Source of the DNA: Candidatus Marinacidobacterales bacterium
Lineage (GTDB): Bacteria > Acidobacteriota > Vicinamibacteria > Marinacidobacterales > SMYC01
Assembly (NCBI GenBank): GCA_965224085.1
Contig: CBDCYI010000005.1
Location: 2,080,001 to 2,144,000 of the forward strand
Direction: 5' to 3'
Length of the DNA: 64,000 nucleotides
The notes beneath the pieces were generated by a model. It saw nothing but the letters and a program-made list of their open reading frames with translations. It was not told the origin of the DNA and ran no database searches. Both the position numbers and the translations under genes were made by a program. Every line of letters begins with the position of its first letter. The first letter of the stretch is position 1. Positions 41,680-51,658 of the stretch are shown in pieces.

Positions 41680-43317
41680 TCAGGTCCTCCTCCAGTCGAA
41701 CTCGGGCATGCTCTGCTTGCCATAGAGCGTGAGCGCCCCTTTTTCGCCAACAGCATTCGGGCGCTGGAATATCCAGTTCTGCCAAGCCGTCAAGCGACCA
41801 AATATTTTCGTCTCCATCGTCTCCGGACCCGCGAAGCGCAGAGAGGCCTCCATGCCGGTCATGGCGTCCGGCGAGAAACCACAACGTTCCTCGATCGCGA
41901 TGCGTACTTCATCCTCCCAATCGAGATCGTCGGGCGCGAAAGTCACGAGACCGAGCTCCATTGCCGCGGTTGGGTCGATGAGCCCGTCATGGGCAAGTAC
42001 TTTTGCGAGCGTTTCCGGCTCGCCGAGAAACCGGGTCTCGAGGCGGGAAAGCCCGTTGCCCTTCGGAAACCATTCTTTGTTGAGAGGCCCGAGACCAATA
42101 CGCACGGGGTTTTTGGGATCGTCCAGCATGTAGCTGCGATCGGCGGCGAGGGCGATTTCGAGAAGGCTTCCCACGAAGCACGAGCCGGGTTCGATGAGGG
42201 CGAAGAGGCTTCGCGCCGTCTGGTCGAGACGTTTGAACGTGCGCCGCATCTTCAGAAGGATCTCCTTCACGAGCCAATCAGAAGCGTAGTCGCAGAGCGT
42301 TTTGTCGATAGCGAGCGCCGCGTCCGCATCGCCCTGGGTCTTCAAGAGTACGAGACCGCAGGTCGCGTAGTTGAAGCGAAGCTGGCAGAGCGCGTCATCG
42401 AGCTCACGCGCCATCGCGAGCGGCCAGTAATCGACACCAAGCGCGTGAATCGCTTCGGGCGTCTGAGGCTGCTCGCCTGCGGGACCACGCACGAGGATCT
42501 CGACGCGCCGCGACGCCTGGTCGATCCTAACACTGACGGTGCGATATTCGAGAGCACTCTCCGAGCGCTTGGCGTCGAGCGACTTCAGCTCGATGCCGGG
42601 ACCGTTCGCATTTCTCGTGGAAGTCGCCGCGAGTGCTTCCGCGCGCTCGCGAACAGCCTCGTCGAACCTGCTCCGAGCCGCGATGCCGTCGACCAGCCTC
42701 CACGCAACAGCACGCTTGCCTTTGATGCCTTCGACGAGCGTCGAGAAAACGTCGGCGCGATCGCGGCGCACCATGCGTTTGTCGACGAGCCGCGTGAGCC
42801 CACCTGTACCTGGCAGCACCGCGAGAAGCGGCGCTTCCGGAAGCGCGACCGCCGCGTTGCCGTCGTCGACGAGAAGAATCTCATCCGCGGCGAGCGCGAG
42901 CTCATAGCCGCCCCCCGATGTGACGCCGTTGAGCGCAGCGAGAAATTTCTGCCCGCCGTCGCGGCTCGACTCCTCCATCCCGAGCCGAGTCTCGTTGGTG
43001 AACTTGCAGAAGTTCACTTTGAAGCTGTGCGCCGAGCTGGCGAGCATATAGATGTTGGCGCCGGCCGAAAAGACCCGATCCTTCCCGCTCGTGATGACGC
43101 AGCACTTCACCTCCGGATGCTCGAAGCGAAGCCGCTCAATCGCGTCCGCGAGCTCGATATCGACGCTCAAGTCGTAGCTGTTCAGCTTCAGCTGATAGCC
43201 CGGCGTCAAGCCGCCGTCTTCCTGAACGTCGAGCGTCAACGTCGCCAGGGGACCATCGACGGACAACTTGAAATGCCGGTAGCGGCCCGGATCCGTCTCG
43301 AACTGAATGGGTTCCAT
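41680..43317 (-). CDS. boxC: 2,3-epoxybenzoyl-CoA dihydrolase BoxC
   Basis: LKLNSYDLSVDIELAD, KVNFCKFTNETR, GGGYELALA, ETKIFGRLTAWQNWIFQRPNAVG. Confidence 0.93.
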   Translation of the reverse strand: MEPIQFETDPGRYRHFKLSVDGPLATLTLDVQEDGGLTPGYQLKLNSYDLSVDIELADAIERLRFEHPEVKCCVITSGKDRVFSAGANIYMLASSAHSFKVNFCKFTNETRLGMEESSRDGGQKFLAALNGVTSGGGYELALAADEILLVDDGNAAVALPEAPLLAVLPGTGGLTRLVDKRMVRRDRADVFSTLVEGIKGKRAVAWRLVDGIAARSRFDEAVRERAEALAATSTRNANGPGIELKSLDAKRSESALEYRTVSVRIDQASRRVEILVRGPAGEQPQTPEAIHALGVDYWPLAMARELDDALCQLRFNYATCGLVLLKTQGDADAALAIDKTLCDYASDWLVKEILLKMRRTFKRLDQTARSLFALIEPGSCFVGSLLEIALAADRSYMLDDPKNPVRIGLGPLNKEWFPKGNGLSRLETRFLGEPETLAKVLAHDGLIDPTAAMELGLVTFAPDDLDWEDEVRIAIEERCGFSPDAMTGMEASLRFAGPETMETKIFGRLTAWQNWIFQRPNAVGEKGALTLYGKQSMPEFDWRRT

Positions 43318-43334
43318 CAATCCCTCCGCGAAAC

Positions 43335-43382
43335 AAGCATTATACTACTTGATCGATAACAATTATATGTATTATACTGCTT
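43335..43382. promoter_or_regulatory. Divergent boxC/boxR control region with two candidate BoxR/BzdR operators and a sigma70-like promoter
   Basis: 16-mers AAGCATTATACTACTT (43335-43350) and ATGTATTATACTGCTT (43367-43382), each near TGCA-N6-TGCA; TTGATC-N18-TATACT upstream of boxR. Confidence 0.55.
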
Positions 43383-43384
43383 CT

Positions 43385-44131
43385 ATGAACGCTGGGCATA
43401 TCCTGCAGGAGCTCGGGAAACAGATTCGAACGCGGCGCGTTCGAAAAGGGTTTAGCCAGCAACGACTTGCAGAGTTCGCCGGGCTCTCGCCGCGATACAT
43501 CTCGCAGCTCGAATCGGGCCAAGGCAACATCTCTATCCTGAAGCTGCACGAGCTTGGTCGGGTGCTCGGAGCTCCTCTTCACGAGCTCGTACGGGTTGGA
43601 GACCACCGCCACATCATAGCGATCGTCGGCCTGCGAGGCGCTGGAAAGAGCCTTGTCGGCGCCCAGCTCGCCGCCGAGCTCGGCACGTCTTTCGTCGAGC
43701 TCGACCAGCTCATCGAGGAGGAGGCAGGCCTCAGGCTGGCCGAGATCTTCGCGCTCCACGGCGAAAGTTACTATCGGCGTCTCCAGCACGACGTACTGTC
43801 ACGATTCGTCGCGACCCATACGGACACGGTGATCGCGACCGGCGGTAGCCTCGTCCACGGCCGCGCAACCTACGAGCTTCTAAAAGCCCATGCTCGAACC
43901 GTTTGGCTGAAAGCGCGGCCGGAACAACACCTCGAGCGCGTCGCCGCTCAAGGCGACCAGCGGCCCATGGCCGGGCGTTCGGATCCACTCGCCGAGCTTC
44001 GCACACTCCTGCTCGAGCGTGAGCCGCTCTACGCGGAGGCGGACGTCACGGTCGATACGAGCGCCCTTTCACCGGAAGGCGTGACGAAGAAAGTCATCGA
44101 GAAACTCGAAAGAAGTACAATCGGCGCATGA
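43385..44131 (+). CDS. boxR: BzdR/BoxR-type regulator (XRE HTH plus shikimate-kinase-like benzoyl-CoA sensor)
   Basis: SQQRLAEFAGLSPRYISQLESGQGNISI; IAIVGLRGAGKS; RVAAQGDQRPM; divergent from boxC. Confidence 0.88.
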   Translation: MNAGHILQELGKQIRTRRVRKGFSQQRLAEFAGLSPRYISQLESGQGNISILKLHELGRVLGAPLHELVRVGDHRHIIAIVGLRGAGKSLVGAQLAAELGTSFVELDQLIEEEAGLRLAEIFALHGESYYRRLQHDVLSRFVATHTDTVIATGGSLVHGRATYELLKAHARTVWLKARPEQHLERVAAQGDQRPMAGRSDPLAELRTLLLEREPLYAEADVTVDTSALSPEGVTKKVIEKLERSTIGA

Positions 44132-46029
44132 AGCGCGTGGTGCTTACGCTTTGGCTCGCGAGCCGGGCCGCGCTCGCTCAAGATCCAATCGAGCCGATCG
44201 TTCCCGACGAGCTCCTCACGATTCCCCATATCCTCAAGACGCCGGTGATCTCGGATTTCGCGGTGGCGCCTGACGGCGGGACCGTGACACTCAGCTTGTC
44301 CAGCATCGGCAAGCAAACGCTGTGGATGATGCCAAAGGGCGACCCGGCCGGATCGCCCATCGCAACGAGCCGAGGCATGGGAGAGCGCGACGTCGATTGG
44401 TCTCCAGACGGCGAGCGCATCGCGTTCATCGGTCGCCGCGCAGACCAATGGCACGTCTTTATCTCGGATCCAAAAGGCGAGAACGCGCGGCAGTTAACAA
44501 GGCATCGGGGACAGGACCGAAAGCCGAGGTGGTCTCCTGACGGGTCGTACATCGCCTTCTTGACCGAACGAGTGGGTAGCGAGACCGGATGGGATCTGTG
44601 GGTGACGACCGTAGCTGAAGGCCGTGCACGCCAGCTGACGGAGCATCCTTTCGACGAAGCCGATCACCGATGGTCTCCCGACGGTACGCGCTTAGCACTC
44701 ACGTTCCGCGGCGGTCGTCACGTCGAGCGCGCCGTCGGCGTCGTCGGCCTCGAAGACGGCGAGCTCGACATCACCAGTCTTCTGCCCGCCGATTGGCAAG
44801 GCGACAGCTTCGGACCGCGTTGGTCGCCCGACGGTGCTCGGATTACGTTCGTATCGGACACTTCCGAACGAAAAGCCATCTACATCGTTTCTTCGAATAA
44901 AGGGAATAGAGGGGATGGAGGCACGCCCGAGCTCCTCGTCGATTCCGAGTTCGAGCTCACCGAGCCCGCTTTTAGCCCGGACGGAAACTATCTCGCGTAC
45001 CTCGAGAACCGCGACGGGAACCTCCGGCTCAAGCTGCACGATTTCGAGAAGGACGCGGAGAGAACGCTCACGATGCGCGCCGGCGTACACTCGCAGCCGG
45101 TTTGGCGCCCCGACGGAAAGGCTGTGCTCAGTCTCTTCGAAGCCTACAACTACCCGCGAGACGTCTGGGCCTATCCCATCGAAGGCGGGCGCGAGCGCCA
45201 GAGCGACACCTTGCCTCCCGATCTCGACGTGCGGCGGATGGCGCGGCCAGAGCTCGTTCGTTTCAAGAGCTTCGACGATCGCGAGGTCACGGGCTTTCTC
45301 TATCTTCCGGAGAGCGCCACGCCCGAGAGTCCCGTGCCCGTTCTCGTACGACCCCATGGCGGCCCGACCTCGCAGTGGACGAATCGCTGGCATCCGTTCG
45401 CGCAGCTTCTCACGCAGCGCGGCTACGCGGTCTTCGCGCCCAATGTCCGCGGGAGCACGGGCTACGGCGCCCTGTTCGAGAACTTGAACGACCGCGCGTG
45501 GGGCCAAGGAGATCTGGAAGACTTAATAGCGGGAACGCGCGCGGTGACAGCGCGGCCGGAAGTGCGAAACGATCGCATCGGCATTTGGGGCGTGAGCTAT
45601 GGCGGCTTTCTTACGCTCGCTGCCATCACCCGTTACCCGGAATTTTTTGCCTGCGCTGTCGAAGCGGTCGGGATGCCGGACTTGGAAGCACTGTACCGCC
45701 AGACGAACATCGAAGGCCAGAGCTACCTCGATCGCGAGCTCGGCCCGCTCCGAGGCAATCTCGAGCTCTATCGTCAACTGTCGCCGCTGAGCGATGTCGC
45801 TGCCACCCAGACGCCCCTTCTTTCGTTCCACGGACAGCACTACCCGCTCGTGCCCTACGAAACGAAGCGGCCGTTCTTCGATGCGCTCCGCGCGCGGCCG
45901 CAATATCCTCTGCTCGAGTACATCTTTCGGGGCGAGGAGGTACGAGGGACCTATCGCCACGATCTTCATCCGGAAGCGGCCTGGGCCTATGTCGAAAAAA
46001 TCCTCGAGTTTCTGGACATCTACTTGTGA
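44128..46029 (+). CDS. S9-family peptidase with PD40 beta-propeller
   Basis: WSPDG repeats, HGGP, PNVRGSTGYG, GVSYGG nucleophile elbow; downstream Asp motif looks atypical (HGQHYPLV). Confidence 0.85.
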   Translation: MKRVVLTLWLASRAALAQDPIEPIVPDELLTIPHILKTPVISDFAVAPDGGTVTLSLSSIGKQTLWMMPKGDPAGSPIATSRGMGERDVDWSPDGERIAFIGRRADQWHVFISDPKGENARQLTRHRGQDRKPRWSPDGSYIAFLTERVGSETGWDLWVTTVAEGRARQLTEHPFDEADHRWSPDGTRLALTFRGGRHVERAVGVVGLEDGELDITSLLPADWQGDSFGPRWSPDGARITFVSDTSERKAIYIVSSNKGNRGDGGTPELLVDSEFELTEPAFSPDGNYLAYLENRDGNLRLKLHDFEKDAERTLTMRAGVHSQPVWRPDGKAVLSLFEAYNYPRDVWAYPIEGGRERQSDTLPPDLDVRRMARPELVRFKSFDDREVTGFLYLPESATPESPVPVLVRPHGGPTSQWTNRWHPFAQLLTQRGYAVFAPNVRGSTGYGALFENLNDRAWGQGDLEDLIAGTRAVTARPEVRNDRIGIWGVSYGGFLTLAAITRYPEFFACAVEAVGMPDLEALYRQTNIEGQSYLDRELGPLRGNLELYRQLSPLSDVAATQTPLLSFHGQHYPLVPYETKRPFFDALRARPQYPLLEYIFRGEEVRGTYRHDLHPEAAWAYVEKILEFLDIYL

Positions 46030-47921
46030 CACGCGACCGGCGACATTACGTTTTCGATTTCGATAGCACGCTCGTTACAGTGGAGTCTTTTCCCGAACTC
46101 GCACGTCTTTCTCTCAAATCGCATCCCGAGCGCTCTGACCGACTCGGCGAAGTCGAGCGCATCACCGAGCTGACAGCTACGGGCGGCATGTCGATGGCGG
46201 AGGGGATTGCACTTCGCATCGAGCTACTCGACGCGCACAGAAAGCATATCGAGGCGCTCGTCCGCGTCTTGAAGCGCGCGATCTCTCCTTCGGTGAAGCG
46301 CAACAAAGCTTTCTTCAAGAAGTACAAGAGTCACATCTACGTTCTCTCGAACGGGTTTCGCGAATTCATCACCCCGGTCGTCGAGAGCCTGGGTATCTCG
46401 GATGCGCATGTCTTCGCGAATGTGTTTCTCTTCGACGCCAAGGACCACATCGTCGGCTTCGACTCCCGGAGCCCACTAATCCATCAAGACGGCAAAGCAC
46501 GCGTACTCCGTCAACTGCAGCTCGATGGCGAGATTTACGTGATCGGGGACGGTTATAGCGACGTCAAGATGCGCGAGGCCGGGCTCGCCACGCGCTTTTA
46601 TGCCTTTACCGAGAGCGCGCGGCGCGAGCCCATCGTCGAGATCGCCGACCACGTGCTGCCGAGCCTCGACGAGTTTCTCTACATCCACAAATTTCCGATG
46701 TCGATCTCTTACCCCAAAACGCGGATTCGCGTCTTGTTGGTGGAAGACATCCACAACGCCGCACAGAAACATTTCGACAAAGAAGGCTACGAAGTGCGCA
46801 CGCTGCCCGCTGGGTTGAGCGAAGACGAGCTCATTCGGGAGCTGGACGACGTCACGCTGCTCGGCATTCGGTCAGGCACGCGAATCACACGGCGCGTTCT
46901 CGAATCCACCGAGAAGCTCAAAGGCATCGGCGCTTTTTGCATCGGAACGAATCGAATCGACCTCCACGCCTGCTCGGAACGCGGCGTCATCGTGTTCAAC
47001 GCTCCTTATGCGAACACACGGAGCGTCGTGGAGCTCGCGATTGGCGAAATTATCATGCTGGCGCGGAAAGTTTTCGAAAAGTCTTCCGGCATTCATCGCG
47101 GTGTTTGGGACAAGAGTGCTCCCGGTGCCTTCGAGATCCGCGGCAAGAAGCTCGGGGTCGTGGGCTACGGCAACATCGGCTCCCAGCTCTCCGTCCTCGC
47201 GGAAGGTATGGGCCTCGACGTCTATTACTACGACATCGTCGAACGGCTCCCACTCGGAAACGCGACCAAATGTCGCTCGCTCAAGGATCTCTTGAAGCGG
47301 GCCGACATCGTCAGCATCCATGTCGACGGCCGCGCACACAACCACGAGCTCTTCGGCGAGCGCGAGCTCCGAATGATGAAGAAAGGCGCGCTCCTTCTGA
47401 ATCTGTCGCGCGGCTTTGTCGTCGATATCGACGCCCTCAAAAAAGCTCTTGGGAGCGGACACCTCGCCGGCGCCGGCTTGGACGTGTTTCCGGAAGAGCC
47501 GGCCGGGAACGACAGTCCCTTTTCGTCGCCGCTTCAAGGGCTCGAGAACGTGATCTTGACGCCCCATATCGGCGGAAACACCCGTGAAGCCCAAGAGAAC
47601 ATTGCCGATTTCGTCTCCGGTGCGCTCATCTCTTTTGTTAATTCGGGAAACTCCTTCGGAAGCGTCAACTTTCCCAGCGTGCAGCTACCCGATTTACGGC
47701 GTGCTCATCGCTTCATCCACATTCACCGAAACGAGCCCGGCGTCCTCGCCGCCATCAACCAGGTCATGGCGCAGCACAAGATCAACATTCTGGGACAGTA
47801 CTTGAAGACCAACGAGCGCATGGGTTACGTCATCACCGACGTGAGCAAGAGATACCAAACACGGGTGATCGAAGAGCTCAAGAAAGTACCCCACACGATC
47901 CACTTCCGTGTCTTGTATTGA
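46026..47921 (+). CDS. serA: D-3-phosphoglycerate dehydrogenase with N-terminal HAD-IB (phosphoserine-phosphatase-like) domain and C-terminal ACT domain
   Basis: GTG at 46026; FDFDSTL and IGDGYSD HAD motifs; FCIGTN, NTRSVVEL, VGYGNIG, LTPHIGG, HRNEPGVL. Confidence 0.88.
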   Translation: MTRDRRHYVFDFDSTLVTVESFPELARLSLKSHPERSDRLGEVERITELTATGGMSMAEGIALRIELLDAHRKHIEALVRVLKRAISPSVKRNKAFFKKYKSHIYVLSNGFREFITPVVESLGISDAHVFANVFLFDAKDHIVGFDSRSPLIHQDGKARVLRQLQLDGEIYVIGDGYSDVKMREAGLATRFYAFTESARREPIVEIADHVLPSLDEFLYIHKFPMSISYPKTRIRVLLVEDIHNAAQKHFDKEGYEVRTLPAGLSEDELIRELDDVTLLGIRSGTRITRRVLESTEKLKGIGAFCIGTNRIDLHACSERGVIVFNAPYANTRSVVELAIGEIIMLARKVFEKSSGIHRGVWDKSAPGAFEIRGKKLGVVGYGNIGSQLSVLAEGMGLDVYYYDIVERLPLGNATKCRSLKDLLKRADIVSIHVDGRAHNHELFGERELRMMKKGALLLNLSRGFVVDIDALKKALGSGHLAGAGLDVFPEEPAGNDSPFSSPLQGLENVILTPHIGGNTREAQENIADFVSGALISFVNSGNSFGSVNFPSVQLPDLRRAHRFIHIHRNEPGVLAAINQVMAQHKINILGQYLKTNERMGYVITDVSKRYQTRVIEELKKVPHTIHFRVLY

Positions 47922-47968
47922 GCCGACGAACACCAGAGCGGTGTCGCTGTCTGGTAACCTGTTAATGG

Positions 47969-48385
47969 ATGAAGAAAACGCTTTTCTATCGGCTCTTCGG
48001 ATGGGGGCAGCTCCCCAAAGCGATGCGCCCGATACTGGAGAGCGAGGGGATAGCGCTCTTCGACGAGGGCGTCGGCGGCACCGTCACGCTTCGGAACTAT
48101 CGCTCACCGACACGGCGCTCGGGCTATCGCTGCAGCTGGTTCACGGGGTCCGTCGTCGTGACCGGGATCCGCTTCGCCGCCTTCTCGTTCAGCCGGCCGA
48201 TCATCAACGTCCCGCTCGACGAGGAACGGCTAGGTCTGCTCGACTGCTCCATCGAAAAAGGGACGAAGCTCAAAGTCGCGTACGATGCCGCCGACTTCGA
48301 CGACAATGCGACGGGAAAGGTCGAGCTCCGCTTTCGAACGGCGAAAGCGCGGCTGTTTCTCGAGCGGATCCAGCAGACTCGCTGA
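47969..48385 (+). CDS. Hypothetical protein
   Basis: 138-aa ORF with typical codon usage, co-oriented in gene run. Confidence 0.6.
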   Translation: MKKTLFYRLFGWGQLPKAMRPILESEGIALFDEGVGGTVTLRNYRSPTRRSGYRCSWFTGSVVVTGIRFAAFSFSRPIINVPLDEERLGLLDCSIEKGTKLKVAYDAADFDDNATGKVELRFRTAKARLFLERIQQTR

Positions 48386-48410
48386 CGAACTGGCCAAGGG
48401 CGGAAGCCCT

Positions 48411-49229
48411 ATGAAGCTCGCCTGGGCCACCGACATCCACCTTGACCATGCGTCCGAGGCGGTCGACGAAGCCTTCTGTGCCGACATCGCCGATTCGGGA
48501 GCGGAGGCGTTGCTGATCGGAGGCGATATCGGTGAAGCCAGCAACCTCGTCAGGTGGCTGCATTTCGTCTCCGAGCGTGTACGACTGCCAGTCTATTTCG
48601 TCCTGGGAAACCACGACTACTACGGAAGTGACATCGCCACGGTGCGTGCACGGATGCGAACGCTCGACTCAGCCTGGGCCAAGTGGCTTCCCCATGCTGA
48701 GCTCGTCGAGCTCAGCGAGCACACCGCGCTGGTGGGCCATGGAGGGTGGGGGGACGCGCGCTTTGGGAACTTCGAAGCGCCTGCTCTCTTGAGCGACTAC
48801 TTCGTGATCCAGGACCTTCGTGAGTCCACGGGAGGCGGCAACGCTCTCGCCGTCCTGAACAACCTGCCCGCGCTCGAGCGCAAGCTCGGCGAGCTCGGAG
48901 GCGATGCGGCGGCCACGCTCTTGCCCTTCTATCGAGACGCTCTCGAGCGATTCGACGAAGTCCTCGTGCTGACCCATGTGCCGCCCTTTCGAGAAGCTTG
49001 CTGGCATGAGGGACGTATCTCGGATGACGCGTGGCTCCCGGGTTTCACGTGCAAGGCGATGGGACAGATGTTGATCGAGGGCGCGCGGGATCATCCGGAT
49101 AGGGAAGTTACCGTCTTGTGTGGACACACGCATGGAAGCGGCGAAGCTCGCATCTTGAAGAACCTGGTCGCCATCACAGGCGAAGCTCGATACGGCGCGC
49201 CCGGCTTTCGCGTTCTGGAAGTGAAGTGA
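48411..49229 (+). CDS. Calcineurin-like metallophosphoesterase
   Basis: TDIHL, GGDI, LGNHD, THVPP, CGHTH. Confidence 0.88.
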   Translation: MKLAWATDIHLDHASEAVDEAFCADIADSGAEALLIGGDIGEASNLVRWLHFVSERVRLPVYFVLGNHDYYGSDIATVRARMRTLDSAWAKWLPHAELVELSEHTALVGHGGWGDARFGNFEAPALLSDYFVIQDLRESTGGGNALAVLNNLPALERKLGELGGDAAATLLPFYRDALERFDEVLVLTHVPPFREACWHEGRISDDAWLPGFTCKAMGQMLIEGARDHPDREVTVLCGHTHGSGEARILKNLVAITGEARYGAPGFRVLEVK

Positions 49230-49804
49230 AGTGACGGTACGCGTACTTGTTATCCTACCTATTGAACCGCTAGATTGCTTTTCAAGCTAGGGAAAGATAT
49301 GGCACTTATTCGCGGGAGTTCCAAGTGCTCATGAGCAAGATACGGGACCGTTGGGAACGGTTCGAGACCTGATTCGGGCGCGACAGCGGACGTCGTGAAA
49401 GAGCATCTGGTCGGTACCGCGCTCGAGAAGCAGCCAGTACTCCGCGTGTGTGCGGCATCGGCGACGTCCGCTGCGCTCGCGAAAGATGTGGGAGGGCGTT
49501 CGCGTTGCTGACGCCTTCGTCGCGGAATCAAACCGTGGGAAATCACGGCGATTGCGGCAAAGTAGAGCTCCGTCACCCGTCGATATCGTGACATGCGATC
49601 TATCCACCGTCCCGCGCGGTTGCTTGCGCCCTCTCGTTGGACACGGCGTCGAGGAGCGGCGTCAGCGCGGCTCGCCATCCAACGAGAGGTCGATGAAGTT
49701 GAGTTGAGACTCCGAACCGCCGGCACCGCGCCCAGCTCCGGTGAAGCCCGCACTCGTGCGCCACAATCCGGTATCGGTTCGTAGTTCGCTACGAACCGTT
49801 ACAG

Positions 49805-50095
49805 CTAGTGAAACGCATAACCCAACGTTCGCGCCGCATTGCGAATGATGGACAGCATGGCGGGGTCAGCGAGCGCCCGGTGAAAGCGCGGAACCTCCGG
49901 CAGCACACCGACAGCTTCAGCACGATCCGTCAAGACCACGGCGTTTGCATTCGCGTGCATCGACGATGGATAGCACAAACCATGCAAGCTCTCGTATGCC
50001 TCGTAGTAACCCTGTGCCCAGCGTCTCGCGACCGAACGCGCACATGACATAAGACCCATTGAGGCGCCGCTTCGCGTGGCACTGGTGGCCGGCAC
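49805..50095 (-). pseudogene. C-terminal fragment of a RES-domain protein
   Basis: ARRWAQGYYEAYESLHGLCYPSSMHANANAVVLTDRA...FHRALADP resembles RES C-terminal motifs; N-terminus absent. Confidence 0.55.
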
Positions 50096-50470
50096 CTGGC
50101 TGATTCTGCGAATCTAGCCACAGAGCATCTCTCCTGGAACCTCGCCGATAAGAAAGACCCGAAAAAGAAGCTCGAGAGGCGGAGAAAGAAGCACAAAGCA
50201 GACGGCGCGCCATCTCGTTCAGATACGAGATGGCGATAAAGACGAGCCGGCCAAGCTCGATACGTTGCCTCCGAGGTTAGAGAACGCGTCCACGAGCGTG
50301 ATGGCTATCAGTGTCTGTATTTTAGCCGCGACGGCACGCGATGCACCGCGCACAAGGACCTCCACCTCGACCGTAGGTCGCCGTTTGTTTGACGGCGACC
50401 AATTCGTTCTGGACCAACGTTCCCTTTTCAAGAACGAGGCGCAAACAACCCCGGTGATAAACTCGCTCGA

Positions 50471-51211
50471 ATGGAGCACGATGAGTATCGAAAACTCCAC
50501 GAGCTCGAAGACCACATGTGGTGGTTCCGCGGTATGGAGCGCATTTCCTTGGCACTCGTCGAGCGCTTTGTCGCCAACGCCTCCGAGCTCGCGATCCTCG
50601 ATGCCGGTTGCGGCACTGGAGGCATGCTCCAACCACTGAGCCGTTTCGGAACCGTAACCGCCCTCGATCGTTCCGCCGAAGCGCTTCGGCTCGCCAACAC
50701 ACGCGGAACGGGAGCGCTCGTCCAAGCATCCGTCGAGCGCGTGCCGCTCGCCGAGAAGAGCTTCCATCTCGTGACATCCTTCGACGTGCTTTACCATCTC
50801 GACGTCCGCAACGATACCGAAGCGCTCGCCGAGATCACGCGTGTGCTTCGGCCCGGCGGGACTTTTCTCGTCCGGGTACCGGCGCACGAGGCGCTTCGCA
50901 GCCAGCACGACGAGGCTGTCCACACGCGCCAACGTTACGGGAGAAACGAGCTGACCAAAAAACTTCAGAGCGCCGGGCTCGAGCCGATCTTCGTGTCTTA
51001 CGCGAATTGTCTGCTCTTTCCCCTCGCTCTTTTGCGCCGGCGCGCTGAAAAGCTCACGCGCGGAAAGCGCGAGGGCTCCGAAGTCGAAGCCTACCATCCG
51101 GTCCTCAACCAACTGCTCTCGATCCCGCTTGCGATCGAAGCTTGGCTTCTTCGCCGAACATCTCTCCCCTTCGGCCTTTCGCTCGTCGCGGTCGCGAGAA
51201 AACCCACATGA
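50471..51211 (+). CDS. Class I SAM-dependent methyltransferase
   Basis: EDHMWWFRG, ILDAGCGTGG, FDVLYH, HDEAVHTRQRY. Confidence 0.88.
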   Translation: MEHDEYRKLHELEDHMWWFRGMERISLALVERFVANASELAILDAGCGTGGMLQPLSRFGTVTALDRSAEALRLANTRGTGALVQASVERVPLAEKSFHLVTSFDVLYHLDVRNDTEALAEITRVLRPGGTFLVRVPAHEALRSQHDEAVHTRQRYGRNELTKKLQSAGLEPIFVSYANCLLFPLALLRRRAEKLTRGKREGSEVEAYHPVLNQLLSIPLAIEAWLLRRTSLPFGLSLVAVARKPT

Positions 51212-51336
51212 CGGATTGGGACGAGATCCGCACGCACTTTCCCGCTCTTCAGGGTCGTGTCGACTTGAATACCACTGTCGGCGGTCCGATGTGCCGTGAG
51301 GCGGTCGAGCCTGTGCGCAAGTATTTTGACGAGTGA
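51208..51336 (+). pseudogene. N-terminal fragment of a class V aminotransferase/cysteine-desulfurase-like protein
   Basis: MTDWDEIRTHFPALQGRVDLNTTVGGPM then stop. Confidence 0.6.
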
Positions 51337-51656
51337 GCCTGGACGCTCTCACCGGACGTCGCGCGGCGCCAAACATCCTTCAAATCGACGCGGTCGTCTG
51401 TCAGCTCCTGCATGGGCAGCGGCATCAACGGGTAGGCGCCACCGGGGCGAAAGCGCACGGCAACGGTTGGGCCAATGTCACCGCGCGGGATGAAGAGAGC
51501 ACGGTTCATCGTTCCTACGACGTAGGGAGCCTCTCCCTCCGGGAACAAGATGTCCACAGAACCGTCGGGGAGCACGGGCATCGGACCCGCTCCCCGTGTG
51601 CAGTAGCACTCCACGTAGCGGCGAAGCGCCTGAGACGGGAGGTATTCGCGATACAT
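51337..51656 (-). pseudogene. N-terminal fragment of an AraC-family regulator (DUF6597-like domain), HTH lost
   Basis: YREYLPSQALRRYVECY, VLPDGSVDILF, AVRFRPGG, ELTDDRVDL; meets the convergent aminotransferase fragment. Confidence 0.65.
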
Positions 51657-51658
51657 GT

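Noticed and set aside
45102-46025. 308-aa N-terminal extension of SerA in the ORF track
   Set aside because: Overlaps the S9 peptidase out of frame; the plausible start is the GTG at 46026.
49330-49700. Possible PIN-toxin remnant (GALLCRNRRDFPRF) beside the RES fragment
   Set aside because: Only one short motif in a broken frame; too weak without a profile search.
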